64,000 nucleotides of DNA from Candidatus Eiseniibacteriota bacterium (GCA_963744995.1 CAVUWA010000010.1:768001-832000); one strand, 5' to 3'. Positions 1 to 10,537 are shown, counted from the first letter of the stretch. Notes: generated by a model from the sequence alone, not told the origin. Numbers and translations are program-made.

Positions 1-1112
1 CGTTCGGCCTGCTGCTCGGGGTCACCGGGCTGTTCCGCGGCAACATGCTGTGGATCGCACCGTGGCTTGCAGGCGGCGCGGCGATCGCCGCCGGGCCCGG
101 CCGGCGGGTGCGCGTGTTCGTCGAGTCCATGGCCGGCTGGGCGATCCCGCTCCTCCCGTGGTGGTGGTACAAGTGGCGCGCCTTCGGCTCGCCGGCGTGG
201 GACCTGTCGTCGCTGTCGCTGTGGGACGGCGTCGGCGGGCGCTCGTGGTTCTCGCTCAACCACCTGCCCGCCTGGCCCGACGTGCCCGGCGGCGCCGCGG
301 CCGCGATGGCGATCGCGCACAAGATCGCCGCCAACGCGCCGCGCGTGCTGCTCGCCGTGCTCACCGGGCCGCGCGCGCTGTGGGTCGGGGCGCTGGCCCT
401 GTGGCTGGTGGTGACGAAGAAGCGCGACGGAGCCTGGGCAGCGGGTTTCGCGATCTTCGCTGCCGCGGTCACCAATCTCGTCATCGCCGCCGCGACCATT
501 CCGTGGCTGCGCTACATGTTCCCGGTGCGCGTGCTGCTCGAAGCCGCCGGGCTGCTGGCGATGTGGGATCTCGCCGGCCGGCTCGCCGCCGCGTCCAGCG
601 GGCGCTCGATCGTGCGCCTCACCCGGATCGGCGTCGCCGCAATCGCCATCGCCTACGGCGTCCTGCAGACCCAGCGTGGCGTGCAGGAGGCCGCGACGTC
701 TTCCACCGAGCGCGGCACGCCGCAGTCGTACACGCTGAACGAACTCGCCGACCTGGTGGACGCCGAAGTGCCCGCGAACGAGCCGGTGATGAGCAACCTC
801 GGCCCGATCCTCGCGTGGCGGGCGCGGCGGCCCGTGATCCACCTCGCCCTGTCGCCCGCCGACGTCGCCGCGTGCCGCGAGCGCGTCGACTTCCGCCACG
901 TGATCCTGGTCTTCCGCGAACCCGAACGCGCCTGGGGCGGCTGGGACCAGGTCCTCACCCGTCCCGAGGCCGCGCCGCAGAACCCCGACTGGAACGTGCG
1001 CTACGTGCGCAAGTTCACCAGCACCGATGGCTTCCAGGTGGTGTGGCTGGAGCTCGGACCCATGAAGCCGGGACTGGCGGCACGGCCGCCTGCGGATCTG
1101 CGCGCATTCTGA
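1..1112 (+). CDS. Polytopic membrane protein, probably GT-C fold (ArnT/PMT-like) glycosyltransferase; 5' end outside window
   Basis: Frame is open from the window edge (FGLLLGVTGLFRGNM...). Multiple hydrophobic helices, a WLRYMFP loop motif and a soluble C-terminal domain are typical of GT-C-like proteins. Confidence 0.5.
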   Translation, partial: FGLLLGVTGLFRGNMLWIAPWLAGGAAIAAGPGRRVRVFVESMAGWAIPLLPWWWYKWRAFGSPAWDLSSLSLWDGVGGRSWFSLNHLPAWPDVPGGAAAAMAIAHKIAANAPRVLLAVLTGPRALWVGALALWLVVTKKRDGAWAAGFAIFAAAVTNLVIAAATIPWLRYMFPVRVLLEAAGLLAMWDLAGRLAAASSGRSIVRLTRIGVAAIAIAYGVLQTQRGVQEAATSSTERGTPQSYTLNELADLVDAEVPANEPVMSNLGPILAWRARRPVIHLALSPADVAACRERVDFRHVILVFREPERAWGGWDQVLTRPEAAPQNPDWNVRYVRKFTSTDGFQVVWLELGPMKPGLAARPPADLRAF

Positions 1113-1208
1113 AGCGGACCCATGCGGCGCCCGGCACGGGCGCGAGACGGGCGCGGCCCGCTTCGACCCGCGCCCGTGCGCTCGATCCGGCCGGGGTCTT
1201 CCCGCCCC

Positions 1209-4200
1209 TCAGCGCAGCAGCACGAATCTGCGCGTGAGCACCCTGCCACCGGTCTCGACGCGCGCCAGGTAGAGTCCCGGCGCCGCTCGGCCACCGCGGG
1301 TCGAGCCGGGCCAGGCGAGCGTGCGGCGCCCGGCCTCCATGTGCGTCGCGCGCGAACTCCAGACCTCGCGGCCCATGACATCGATCACCGAGAAGCGCAC
1401 CTCGGCGTCCGCGGGCAGGGCGAGGGTCATCGACACGCCGTCGCGCGCCGGGTTCGGCCACGGCATGCCCAGATCGAGCCGCGCCACCTCCCCGGCCTCG
1501 ATGCCAGTCGTGCCCGACCCCTGGGCGACCTCGATCGTGGCCGTGAAGGCGTTGTTGACCTCGCTGGTCTCGACCACGGCGCCGAGCGTGTCGGCGGTGA
1601 TGCGCAGGACGTGCATCCCGGCCGTGAGCGAGGGCAGCAACGTGCGCGTGACGGTCACGCTGTCGCGAATGCCCACCAGCGTGTCGCCCTCGGCGAGCAG
1701 CTGCCCGCCGTCGGCGGCGAGCGTCCAGTGGAAGATCGGCGCCGGCATGCCGCCGCTGTTGTAGAGCTTGAACCGCACGCTCGAGGTGTCGTCGGTGCCG
1801 AGCTGCAACCGGCTGAACTCGAGGCTCCCTGGCGAGAGGTCGATTTCCGGATAGATCGAGACCCGTGCCGTGTCGGACTTGCCGCCGGTGTCGGTCGCGC
1901 TGAAGCGAATCTCGAACCAGACGCCGGTGCCGTCGTCGTGGTTCTCGGCGACGAAGCTGCCGGTGGAGTCGAACACCACGTGCGTGCTCGGGTGCACGTG
2001 GGTGTTGTGGTGGAGGTCCACGTCGAAGCGGTACGACAGCAGCGACGGGCCGTCCTCGGCGTCCACCGCCGTACCGTGCAGGCTCACGGTGTCGCCCGCG
2101 ACGAAGAACGCCGAGTCGGGAGGCGTCAGGATCGAAACGACCGGCGGAGAATTCGAGTCGAAGACGGCGTCGCCGCCGCCGAAGTCGTCCAGGTGCGAGG
2201 CCTGCGCGCCGACCAGCGTGAGCCCGAGATAGCCGCCCTGGTCGTAGTACTGCCAGAAGGACACGTCGGTGGCGCCCACCAGCTCGGTGTTGCGGTAGAC
2301 CTGCACGGTGCCGTTTTCGTAGGCGCGCGCCCCGAGCGTGTCACCGGCCGTGAGCTGCAGCGGGGTCGAGTAGGTGCCCTGCCAGCCGACCGCCGGATCG
2401 TAGGTGCCGATCGCGACGTAGTGCTGCGAATCATCGTAGCGCACTTCGATGTGCGCGGGATCGCCGGACAGGTTCTGGATCTTGAGGTTGAGGTCGTGCT
2501 CCGTTGCGCCGATCGCCAGCGGGTCGATCGTGACGTACGCCTCCTGGCTCGGTCCGAACGCCTGGCCGGTCCACGTCACCGACAGGCCGTTGGAGGTCGG
2601 CACGCACTCGTCGTTGACGATCGAGAGCCGGCTGGTGTCCCCGATCCAGGCCCCGCCGAGCGGGCCATCCGGCCGGTTGAAGTCGTCGAGGATCCCCGTG
2701 GTCGGGAACACGGTGGACTCGGCGACCACCACCAGCATGGTGTCGAGCCCCATCGCCCCCGCACCGTCGCGCACGGTGAGGATCGCCTGCCAGATCCCGG
2801 GCAGCGTGTAGGTGTGCAGCGGGTTCGCGACCGTCGCGCCGGTGCCGTCGCCGAAGGTCCACTGGTAGGTGACGCCGCCGCCGTCCGGGTCGTACGAGGT
2901 GTCGCCGGTGAACTGGACCTGGAGCGGGCGCGGCCCGGCGTCGGGCAGCGCGCTGCCGACTGCAACCGGCGGCGTGTTGCCGTTGGCGGCGCCGGTGTAG
3001 CGCAACCGCAGGATGCGCTGCGTGACGATCGAGACGTAGAGGATGTCGCCGTTCGAGGGATCGGTGGTGATCATCACCGGCCCCGCGAGGTTGTTGCCGA
3101 AGTCGCTCGAGGTCACGTACTGGTCCGCGCCGTCGGTTTCGAGCACACGCATCCAGCTCTGGCCGAAGTCGCCGTAGAAGAACAGCCCCTGGTACTGCGC
3201 CGGGTAGAGCGAGCCCTCGTAGAACGCGCCGCCGATCGAGGTGTTGCCGACTACGCCCGTTGGGAAGCTCAGCGAGCCGTACTGGTGGTGCCACCAGAGC
3301 AGCGGCGTGCTCACCGGGGCCGGCTGGTCCGGGGCGCTGCCGATGTCCGCACAGCTCGTATGCGCGGGCGTCAGGTTCTGATAGGAGCTCTGCGGACCCG
3401 GGCCCTCGTAGCACGGCCAGCCGAAGTTCATGCCCGGCGTGGTGACGATGTTCAGCTCCTCGGTCTCGTTCCAGCCGACGTCGCCCGCGTAGATGATGCC
3501 CGGATCACCGGCCGACGTGTCGGCGACGCCGGTGCCGGGGCGGACGCGGAAGCGGAACGGATTGCGCAGGCCGTAGGCGAACACCTTGGACTCGGGCGAG
3601 GTCAGATCGTCGTTCGCGTACGGGTTGCTGGCGTAGCCGTGGCCGGTCGCGGGGTTGATGCGCAGGATCGAGCCGCAGAGACTCCTGATCGTCTGCGCGC
3701 GAAACGCGCCGATGTCCTCGTACGGATCGGTCTTCGTCGGTCCGAACGCGTTGGGATCCTGCCCGCCGTCGTCGGCCGAGTTGAACTGCGCACCGTCGCC
3801 CATCGAAACGAGCAGGCTGCCGTCGCTGCCCCATTCCATGTTGCCGATCGTATGCGATCCGGAGGCGCTCAGCGGGCCGTGGCGCCAGTCTACGCCGAGC
3901 AGGATCGTGCGCGAGGCGGGATCCACTTGAAGCGGCTCGCCCGGCAGCACCGTGTAGCGCGTGAGCCGCCCGAAGGCGTCGTCGTTGTCGTCGACGCCGT
4001 TGCTGTCCGGATCAACCGTGTAGAGGAAGTAGACGTAGCGGTTGCTGGCGAAGTCGGGATCGACCTGCACGCTCAGCAGCCCGCGGTCGTCCACGTTGAG
4101 AACCTCGTCCTCCGCGCTCCAGAGCGGCGTCGGATTGCGAACGCCGTTGTCGACGACCCAGACCCGGCCGCGTTTCTCGACGACCAGCATGCGCCCGTCG

Positions 4201-4382
4201 GGCAGGAATCGCACCGCGACCGGCAGGTCCCAGGAGACGTCGGGGACGACGTCGTCGAGTACGAAGCCTGCGGGAACGCCGGCGCGGGCCGGGCCCGGCA
4301 GCGCGAAGATAGCGGCGAAGAAGAGGGCACACATGGCGCCGCGGCGCGCCGAAGCGATAGCTGAACGTCGCAAAGAGGTCAT
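1209..4382 (-). CDS. Secreted PQQ-dependent glucose/sorbosone dehydrogenase-family beta-propeller with PKD, CARDB-like and C-terminal T9SS-CTD/FlgD-Ig domains
   Basis: Signal peptide (…ALPGPARA). GSDH motifs RGLLSV.VDPDF and AYGLRNPFR, plus NFGWPCYEG. PKD motif YQWTFGDG…HTY, CARDB-like VVETSEVNN, tail PNP…GLYLARV. Confidence 0.85.
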   Translation of the reverse strand: MTSLRRSAIASARRGAMCALFFAAIFALPGPARAGVPAGFVLDDVVPDVSWDLPVAVRFLPDGRMLVVEKRGRVWVVDNGVRNPTPLWSAEDEVLNVDDRGLLSVQVDPDFASNRYVYFLYTVDPDSNGVDDNDDAFGRLTRYTVLPGEPLQVDPASRTILLGVDWRHGPLSASGSHTIGNMEWGSDGSLLVSMGDGAQFNSADDGGQDPNAFGPTKTDPYEDIGAFRAQTIRSLCGSILRINPATGHGYASNPYANDDLTSPESKVFAYGLRNPFRFRVRPGTGVADTSAGDPGIIYAGDVGWNETEELNIVTTPGMNFGWPCYEGPGPQSSYQNLTPAHTSCADIGSAPDQPAPVSTPLLWWHHQYGSLSFPTGVVGNTSIGGAFYEGSLYPAQYQGLFFYGDFGQSWMRVLETDGADQYVTSSDFGNNLAGPVMITTDPSNGDILYVSIVTQRILRLRYTGAANGNTPPVAVGSALPDAGPRPLQVQFTGDTSYDPDGGGVTYQWTFGDGTGATVANPLHTYTLPGIWQAILTVRDGAGAMGLDTMLVVVAESTVFPTTGILDDFNRPDGPLGGAWIGDTSRLSIVNDECVPTSNGLSVTWTGQAFGPSQEAYVTIDPLAIGATEHDLNLKIQNLSGDPAHIEVRYDDSQHYVAIGTYDPAVGWQGTYSTPLQLTAGDTLGARAYENGTVQVYRNTELVGATDVSFWQYYDQGGYLGLTLVGAQASHLDDFGGGDAVFDSNSPPVVSILTPPDSAFFVAGDTVSLHGTAVDAEDGPSLLSYRFDVDLHHNTHVHPSTHVVFDSTGSFVAENHDDGTGVWFEIRFSATDTGGKSDTARVSIYPEIDLSPGSLEFSRLQLGTDDTSSVRFKLYNSGGMPAPIFHWTLAADGGQLLAEGDTLVGIRDSVTVTRTLLPSLTAGMHVLRITADTLGAVVETSEVNNAFTATIEVAQGSGTTGIEAGEVARLDLGMPWPNPARDGVSMTLALPADAEVRFSVIDVMGREVWSSRATHMEAGRRTLAWPGSTRGGRAAPGLYLARVETGGRVLTRRFVLLR

Positions 4383-4488
4383 GTTGTTCCGAATCCGTGC
4401 GGAGCGAGACTCGCCGGGAAGCGGTCATTCACCCGGCCGACACCGGGCGCGCGGACGCGTCTCTGAGAAGGTAATCGTCTCCGAAATC

Positions 4489-4503
4489 GCATGTTGCGTG
4501 CCA
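4489..4503 (-). promoter_or_regulatory. Putative sigma-54 (-24/-12) promoter for the PQQ dehydrogenase-like gene
   Basis: Minus strand reads TGGCACGCAACATGC (GG-N10-GC), close to consensus TGGCACGNNNNTTGC, about 105 nt upstream of the ATG. Confidence 0.5.
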
Positions 4504-4713
4504 TTGGAACAGCCGCGAACGAAACCGCCCGAACGCCAACGGATTCGCGCCCGCAGCGTGCCGGGGGCGTTGGTGGCCGCGGCGCGGCGGCGCGAAAGAA
4601 CGTCAAGCGGCCCGACAGTCGAGGCGGCGCCGGGGCATATCACGCAGGCGGCGCCTCGCGCGCGGGGCGCCCGTCCGCAAGCGCGGCGGCCGGGCCGCGA
4701 GGCCCGGCGCGGG

Positions 4714-5910
4714 CTAGCGTGAGCCCTGGACTTCGCCCTCGAGCACGTCCGGATACTGCGCGGGCAGCTCGGTCATGCTCTCGACGAAGATCGGCACGCC
4801 GTCATCGGGACTCGCCGCCGCTTCGGGGCCCGGGGCGACGCGCAGGATTTCGTACAGCGTCGTGCGCTGCGCGGGCGTGAAGCCGGCTTCCCGGATGATC
4901 GTCTCGATCTCGGCGACCGTGGTCCTGTTCACGTGGCCCGTGGCGAGGTGGACGTTTTCCTCGAACAGGGTGCCGCCGAAGTCGTCGGCGCCGAACTGCA
5001 GCGCGATCTGGCCGGTCTTCTTGCCCTCGCTGAACCACGACGCCTGGACGTGCGGGAAGTTGTCGAGGTAGAGCCGCGATGCCGCGAGGATCCGCAGGTA
5101 GCGCGACGCCGTGGAGACGTGTCTGATCTTCTTCTCCATCGGCGTGTTGCCGCGCTTGTAGGACCACGGCACGAACGCGGTGAAACCCGGGGCCTCGTCC
5201 TCGAGCGCGCGGATGTATTCCAGGTGCTCCACGATCTCTTCGTTCGTCTCGACATGGCCGTACATCATCGTCGCGGTCGAGCGGATGCCGACGCGGTGCG
5301 CTTCGCGATGCACGTCGAGCCACGTTTCGGGTCCGCCCTTCTTGACCGAGATGCGCTTGCGCACGCGCTTCGCGAGAATTTCGGCGCCGCCGCCCGGCAG
5401 CGTACGCTGCCCCGCCTCGTGGAGCGCCTCGAGCACGCCGCGGATCGAGAGCCCCGCCACCTCGACCATCTGGTGGATCTCGGGCGCCGAGAAGAAGTGC
5501 GGCGTGATCTCCGGGTAACGCTGGCGCGCCTCGCGCACGATCGCCGGATAGAACTCCCACGGGATCTCCGGGTTCAGCCCGCCCTGCAGCAGGACGGTGG
5601 TCGCGCCCACCTGACGGGCCCGCTCCATCATCTGCATCACGCCTTCGACGTCGTACGTGTACGCGTCGGGGCCCGTGTGCCCCGGCTTGCGGTAGAAGGC
5701 GCAGAAGTGGCAGTCCACCGTGCAGACGTTGGTGTAGTTCGGATTGGTGTCGATGACGTAGGTGACGACCTTCGGGTCGGTGAGGCGGTTGCGCACCTCC
5801 TGCGCGAGCGCGCCCATCTCGAGCAGCGGCGCGTCGGAGAGCAGGTAGACGCCCTCCCTGGGGCTCAGGCGCTTGCCGTCGAGAACCTTCTTTTCAATGG
5901 TGGACCACAC
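4714..5910 (-). CDS. mqnC: Cyclic dehypoxanthine futalosine synthase (radical SAM, CofH/MqnC family)
   Basis: VTYVIDTNPNYTNVCTVDCHFCAFYR (CxxxCxxC), LLQGG, PGGGAEIL, ATMMYGH, GADDFGGTLFEENV. GTG start at 5910 follows a GGAGG SD. Confidence 0.85.
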   Translation of the reverse strand: MWSTIEKKVLDGKRLSPREGVYLLSDAPLLEMGALAQEVRNRLTDPKVVTYVIDTNPNYTNVCTVDCHFCAFYRKPGHTGPDAYTYDVEGVMQMMERARQVGATTVLLQGGLNPEIPWEFYPAIVREARQRYPEITPHFFSAPEIHQMVEVAGLSIRGVLEALHEAGQRTLPGGGAEILAKRVRKRISVKKGGPETWLDVHREAHRVGIRSTATMMYGHVETNEEIVEHLEYIRALEDEAPGFTAFVPWSYKRGNTPMEKKIRHVSTASRYLRILAASRLYLDNFPHVQASWFSEGKKTGQIALQFGADDFGGTLFEENVHLATGHVNRTTVAEIETIIREAGFTPAQRTTLYEILRVAPGPEAAASPDDGVPIFVESMTELPAQYPDVLEGEVQGSR

Positions 5911-6190
5911 GGGCAGACCTCCCGGATGCGGGCGGCGCGACGCGGCCGCCTCTGCGAGGCGGCAACCATACACGGCAGTTGCGCGGGGGTCGAGGCCGGG
6001 GGGGGCAGCAGCGCCGCGCGGCGGCCCGGGTCGGGCGACCTCCACGCCCGGCGGGGCGCAGGCACCCTTTCCGCCACCGAGACCGATCGCAGGCGGGGGG
6101 GGGTCAACCTGCTGGATGGCGGCGCACCCCGATGCGGTATCATTCCCACCGGCGCCCCCTTCGCTGCGACTCCTGTTCACGGAGGAAGTG

Positions 6191-8683
6191 ATGCGCGCAC
6201 GCTCTGGCTCACCCACGGCTCCGATCTGCCTGTTCGTGACATGTGCTGCAGCCATGGCCGGGGGCCCTGCCGTCGCACACGCCGATGCGCTGTTCGAGAG
6301 CGCCTACGAAGCGTGGGCCGCAGGCAGCCACCCCACCGACGCCATCACGGCCGATTTCAACGGCGACGGCCACCTCGACATCGCCGTTACGAACTACACG
6401 AGCAGCAATGTGTCCATCCTGCTCGGTGACGGCGAGGGCGTATTCTCGACGCCGGCGAATTACACCGTCGGTTCCGGTCCCATGGCGCTCGCGGCCGGCG
6501 ACCTGAACGGGGACGGCCTGCCGGACGTCGTGGCGTCGAACTGGTTGAGTGCGTCCTTTTCCGTCATGTACGGAATCGGAGGCGGCATCCTCGGACCCCA
6601 TTACGATTTCGCGACCGGCGCCCTGCCCAGCGGCCTGAGCATCGGTGACCTCGATACGGATGGGCACCTCGATGTGGTGGTGCTCAGCCAGACCGACGAG
6701 ACCGCGTCGGTCTTTCTCGGCACGGGGGTCATGGGCGTGAGCGCGTTCCAGACCGCCGTGGCGTATCCGATCGGCAGCTATCCGATCGCGGCGGGAATCG
6801 CGGATCTGAACCACGACGGACATGTCGATCTGATCGTGACCAGCAACGGGGACGACGAGGTGTCGGTGCTGACCGGGATCGGCGACGGCACCTTCTCGCC
6901 GCGCGTCGTCTTCCCCGCGGGACATCATGCGGCACACCTCGCGATCGGGGACTTCGACGAGGACGGTGATCCCGACGTCGCGGTGGCGTGCAATTCGGGC
7001 CCCTCGGACAGCACGATCTCGATCCTGCTCGGTAACGGCGACGGGACGCTGGCCACGCCGTCCCGCTACCCGGGCGGGCCGAACCCCTGGGGCCTCGCGA
7101 CGGCGGACTTCGATGGCGACGGCCATCTGGACCTCGCCTCGACCAACCGTTCCTACGCTGTGGTTCGGAGCCTGTTCGGAGCCGGCGACGGCTCGTTCGG
7201 CCGAAGCAGCGAGCTGGCGACGCCGAGGGGCCCCGAGACGATCCTGGCGGGGGACGTCGATGAGGACGGCCGGCTCGACCTGATCACCCCCTGCAACGTG
7301 AGCTCCAACGTGGCCGTGCTGAGAGGACGCGGCAACGGCGCGTTCGGCACCTCGAACGAGATGGGATCCGGCGCCGGCGCCGCCGCCATGACGATCGCGG
7401 ACGCGAACGGCGACGGTGTACCCGATCTCGCGTTCGCCTACACGTCATCATACGGTTCGATCGTCGTACTGCCCGGCCACGGCGACGGGACCTACGGGGC
7501 GAGCCTCGTCAGTCAGCTGGGCCGCTACGCGACCTCGTTCACGCTCACGGACCTGAACGAGGACGGGATTCTCGACGCAGCGGCCGCAGTGAACGAGTAC
7601 CCCTACACCAACTCGATCTCGGTCGTGATCGGCCAGGGCGACGGGACGTTCGGCCCGCGCACGTTCTACGTGACCGGGCTCATGCCCATCTTCGTCGCCT
7701 CCGCGGACTTCGACGAGGACGGCCATCAGGATCTGGCCGTGGCCAACCGGGACGAGGTCTCCGTGACGATCCTGCTGGGAAACGGGGACGGCACGGTGAC
7801 GCTCCTCGGCAAGAATCGGGTGGGTTATTCGCCGCTGTGGATCGCGGTCGCGGACCTGAACGGAGACGGCCACTTGGACCTGGTGACGGCGAACTCGGCC
7901 GAAAACACCGTCTCGGTCCTGCTCGGGCACGGCGACGGCACGTTCGACTTCGCCGTGCCGTTCGTTACGGGAAACGATCCGCGCTCCGTCGTCGTCGGCG
8001 ACCTCGACGGCAACGGCGCGCCCGACCTCGCCGTGGCGAACGCCTCGAGCCAGACCATCTCGATCCTGCGCGGCAACGGCGACGGCACGTTCATGCAACA
8101 GGTGCAGTACGCCGGCGGGGCCGAGCCGCGCAGTCTCGCCATCGGCGACGCGAACGACGACGAGTGGCCCGACATCGTCGTCGGGGACTACGGCTCGAAC
8201 GATCTCGTGGTCCTGCTGGGCCAGGGCGGCGGCGCGTTCGCCGCCGACGGCCCGTACGCCACGGCGTACGGGGCGAGGGCCATCGTGTTCGCGGACGTGA
8301 CCGGCGACGGCCACGACGACGTCGTCGTCAGCGGCACCCTCGCGATGGTGCATCGCAACCTGCTCGGGGCCCTCGTGGCGGTGCCGGCGCCGGAGCCGCG
8401 GGGAACGCGGCTCGGGCTGCGTCTGTGGCCGAACCCTTCGGCCGGCTCGATGCGCGTGGGGTTCGCGCTGACCCGTCCCGGGCGCGCCTTGGTTCAGGTG
8501 TTCGATGTCACGGGGCGGCTGATCCGGACCCTCGCCGAGGCCGCCTTCGCCGCCGGGGACCATACGCTGGCATGGAGCGGCGACACGGACGCCGGCGGCA
8601 GGGCGGCGCCGGGGATCTATCGAGTCCGGCTCGTGACGCCCGAGGGAACGGTGACCTCCGGCCTGGTGCGCCTGCAGCCATAG
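6191..8683 (+). CDS. Secreted FG-GAP/VCBS repeat protein with C-terminal T9SS-CTD/FlgD-Ig domain
   Basis: GGAGG SD before ATG 6191, signal peptide, about 13 repeats of (A/G)D(F/L)(N/D)xDGxxD(L/I)…VSILLGxGDGTF, tail WPNP…FDVTGRLIRTL…GIYRVRL. Confidence 0.88.
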   Translation: MRARSGSPTAPICLFVTCAAAMAGGPAVAHADALFESAYEAWAAGSHPTDAITADFNGDGHLDIAVTNYTSSNVSILLGDGEGVFSTPANYTVGSGPMALAAGDLNGDGLPDVVASNWLSASFSVMYGIGGGILGPHYDFATGALPSGLSIGDLDTDGHLDVVVLSQTDETASVFLGTGVMGVSAFQTAVAYPIGSYPIAAGIADLNHDGHVDLIVTSNGDDEVSVLTGIGDGTFSPRVVFPAGHHAAHLAIGDFDEDGDPDVAVACNSGPSDSTISILLGNGDGTLATPSRYPGGPNPWGLATADFDGDGHLDLASTNRSYAVVRSLFGAGDGSFGRSSELATPRGPETILAGDVDEDGRLDLITPCNVSSNVAVLRGRGNGAFGTSNEMGSGAGAAAMTIADANGDGVPDLAFAYTSSYGSIVVLPGHGDGTYGASLVSQLGRYATSFTLTDLNEDGILDAAAAVNEYPYTNSISVVIGQGDGTFGPRTFYVTGLMPIFVASADFDEDGHQDLAVANRDEVSVTILLGNGDGTVTLLGKNRVGYSPLWIAVADLNGDGHLDLVTANSAENTVSVLLGHGDGTFDFAVPFVTGNDPRSVVVGDLDGNGAPDLAVANASSQTISILRGNGDGTFMQQVQYAGGAEPRSLAIGDANDDEWPDIVVGDYGSNDLVVLLGQGGGAFAADGPYATAYGARAIVFADVTGDGHDDVVVSGTLAMVHRNLLGALVAVPAPEPRGTRLGLRLWPNPSAGSMRVGFALTRPGRALVQVFDVTGRLIRTLAEAAFAAGDHTLAWSGDTDAGGRAAPGIYRVRLVTPEGTVTSGLVRLQP

Positions 8684-8745
8684 CATGCGGTCCGGCGCCC
8701 GCCCGTCCGGCGGCGGGGCGGCCGGGTCCGCGCCCGCGCGGGCCC

Positions 8746-9027
8746 TCAGTCCCCGGGCGGCTCGCCTTCCACGTCCGCGCCCTCTTCGAGCGGGGTCGAC
8801 AGCGGCGAGAGCAGCTCGCGCGCCTCGTCCGCACGCGCAGCCTCGACTATCACGACGGCGGGATTGATCCGTGGCGCGGCGCCGATCAGGTTCTGGGTCT
8901 TCATGTTGCGAATGTCGAAGACGATGCCGCTGTCCTGCAGGATCGAGTGGACGATCGGCAGCAGGGTCTCGTCGTAGACCGTCATGACCTCGACGAACGT
9001 CGCCTCGGTCTCGTGGTGCTCCTTCAT
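8746..9027 (-). CDS. Small DUF2007-like (putative prokaryotic signal transducing) protein
   Basis: GAGGAGG SD before ATG 9027. The sequence IVHSILQDSGI…VIVEAARADEARELL matches the DUF2007 pattern. Confidence 0.6.
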   Translation of the reverse strand: MKEHHETEATFVEVMTVYDETLLPIVHSILQDSGIVFDIRNMKTQNLIGAAPRINPAVVIVEAARADEARELLSPLSTPLEEGADVEGEPPGD

Positions 9028-9316
9028 CGTGCACCTCCTCCGGATCACGCCGGGCGGCGCGGGGAACGGCGGCATGGCGAATGCGGAGAGCATACGCCCC
9101 CGCGAGCGCGGGCGGCAGGCGGCCGCCGCCCGGCGGCGGCCCGCCCCGGGTGCTGCCCTGCCCGCCCTCTGGCAGCGGGCCGGGGCCCTCTGCTAGACTT
9201 TCAGCCCGCTTGCCTCCACGGTTCGACCCTGGCCTTCCCTCCTGTGATCCGCCGCCCACCGCCCATCCCGCGGGGTCGGGCACGCTTCGGGGGCCGGGCA
9301 GAAGGAGCGATGACGC

Positions 9317-10501
9317 GTGCCTGAAGTGTCGGTCGTGATGCCCTGCCTCAACGAAGAGCTGACGCTCCCGATCTGCATCCGCAAGGCCAACGAGACCATT
9401 CAGAAGCTCGGCCTCGACGCCGAAGTCGTCGTCGCCGACAACGGCTCGACCGACCGCTCGGTCGAGATCGCGGAGTCGCTCGGCGCGCGCGTCGTGCATC
9501 AGCCGCTCAAGGGCTACGGCAACGCCTACATGGCCGGGTTCAACGGCGCCCGCGGCAGGTACATCGTGATGGGCGACTCCGACGATTCCTACGACTTCAC
9601 CGACATCGGCCGTTTCATCGAGCCGCTGCGCCAGGGCTACGACTTCGTCATGGGCACGCGTCTCAAGGGGAAGATCGAACCGGGCGCGATGCCGTTCCTG
9701 CACCGCTGGCTCGGCAACCCGGTGCTGACGTTCATCTTGAACATGCTGTTCCGCACCGGGATCTCCGACTCCCACTGCGGCATGCGCGCGTTCACGAAGG
9801 ACGCCTACGAACGCATGCACCTGCGCACGACGGGGATGGAATTCGCTTCGGAGATGGTGATCAAGGCCTCCAAGGCCGGGCTCAGGATCACCGAGATCCC
9901 GATCACGCTGCACAAGGACAAGCGCGACCGCCCGCCGCACCTGCGCACCTGGCGCGACGGCTGGCGTCACCTGCGCTTCATGCTGATGTACAGCCCGGCC
10001 GGCACGTTCCTGGTGCCGGGGCTCGTGCTGTTCGCGCTCGGCGTCCTGATGCTCGCCGTGCTCTACCGCGGACCGATCCACGTCGGCGGCAGCATGATCG
10101 ACGTGCACACGATGATCCTCGGCAGCCTGCTGACGATCCTCGGCACGCAGGTGATCACCACCGGCCTGTTCGCCAAGGTCTATTCCTACGAGCGCCACTT
10201 CGACGCTCAGGATCCGCTGCTGCACGGGCTCGCGCGCGTCTTCAACCTCGAGCGCGGACTGATCCTCGGGCTGGTGCTGTTCGTCGTCGGTTTCGGCTTC
10301 GACCTGGCCGTGGCGCTCGAGTGGATCCGGTCCGGCTTCGGCCCGCTGCAGGCCGAGCGCCCCGCGATCCTCGGCGGCACGCTGATGGCGGTCGGCGCGC
10401 AGATCGTGTTCTCGAGCTTCTTCCTGAGCATGCTGTCGGTGCAGGTGGCGGAGCTCAAGAACGACGCCGCGGTGGCGGACACGGTCAGGCGCGCGTCGTA
10501 G
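9317..10501 (+). CDS. Glycosyltransferase family 2 (DPM1-like) with C-terminal transmembrane helices
   Basis: VSVVMPCLNEE, VVADNGSTD, GYGNA, MGDSDDSYD, DSHCGMRAF, HLRTWRDGWRHLRF. Confidence 0.9.
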   Translation: MPEVSVVMPCLNEELTLPICIRKANETIQKLGLDAEVVVADNGSTDRSVEIAESLGARVVHQPLKGYGNAYMAGFNGARGRYIVMGDSDDSYDFTDIGRFIEPLRQGYDFVMGTRLKGKIEPGAMPFLHRWLGNPVLTFILNMLFRTGISDSHCGMRAFTKDAYERMHLRTTGMEFASEMVIKASKAGLRITEIPITLHKDKRDRPPHLRTWRDGWRHLRFMLMYSPAGTFLVPGLVLFALGVLMLAVLYRGPIHVGGSMIDVHTMILGSLLTILGTQVITTGLFAKVYSYERHFDAQDPLLHGLARVFNLERGLILGLVLFVVGFGFDLAVALEWIRSGFGPLQAERPAILGGTLMAVGAQIVFSSFFLSMLSVQVAELKNDAAVADTVRRAS

Positions 10502-10537
10502 CGGCGACCGCGGCGCGGCCCTGCGCGAAGCGGCCGA

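Noticed and set aside
1122..4364. Very long antisense/alternate-frame ORFs (e.g. 1122-4364, 7448-10225, 21733-24105, 27314-30508, 52595-54982)
   Set aside because: These are shadow ORFs expected at high GC3. They lie opposite well-supported genes and have Arg/Ala/Gly-rich translations without motifs.
5998..6107. G8 and G9 tracts between mqnC and the FG-GAP gene as phase-variable promoter elements
   Set aside because: A TTGACC lies next to the G9 tract on the minus strand, but there is no plausible -10 at a workable distance. Short G runs are common at this GC content.
6330..8330. Regularly spaced nucleotide repeats (gacggccac…, ggcgacggcacg…) as a CRISPR or DNA repeat array
   Set aside because: They are degenerate codon-level echoes of FG-GAP protein repeats within one ORF. 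There are no identical repeats with unique spacers and no cas genes.
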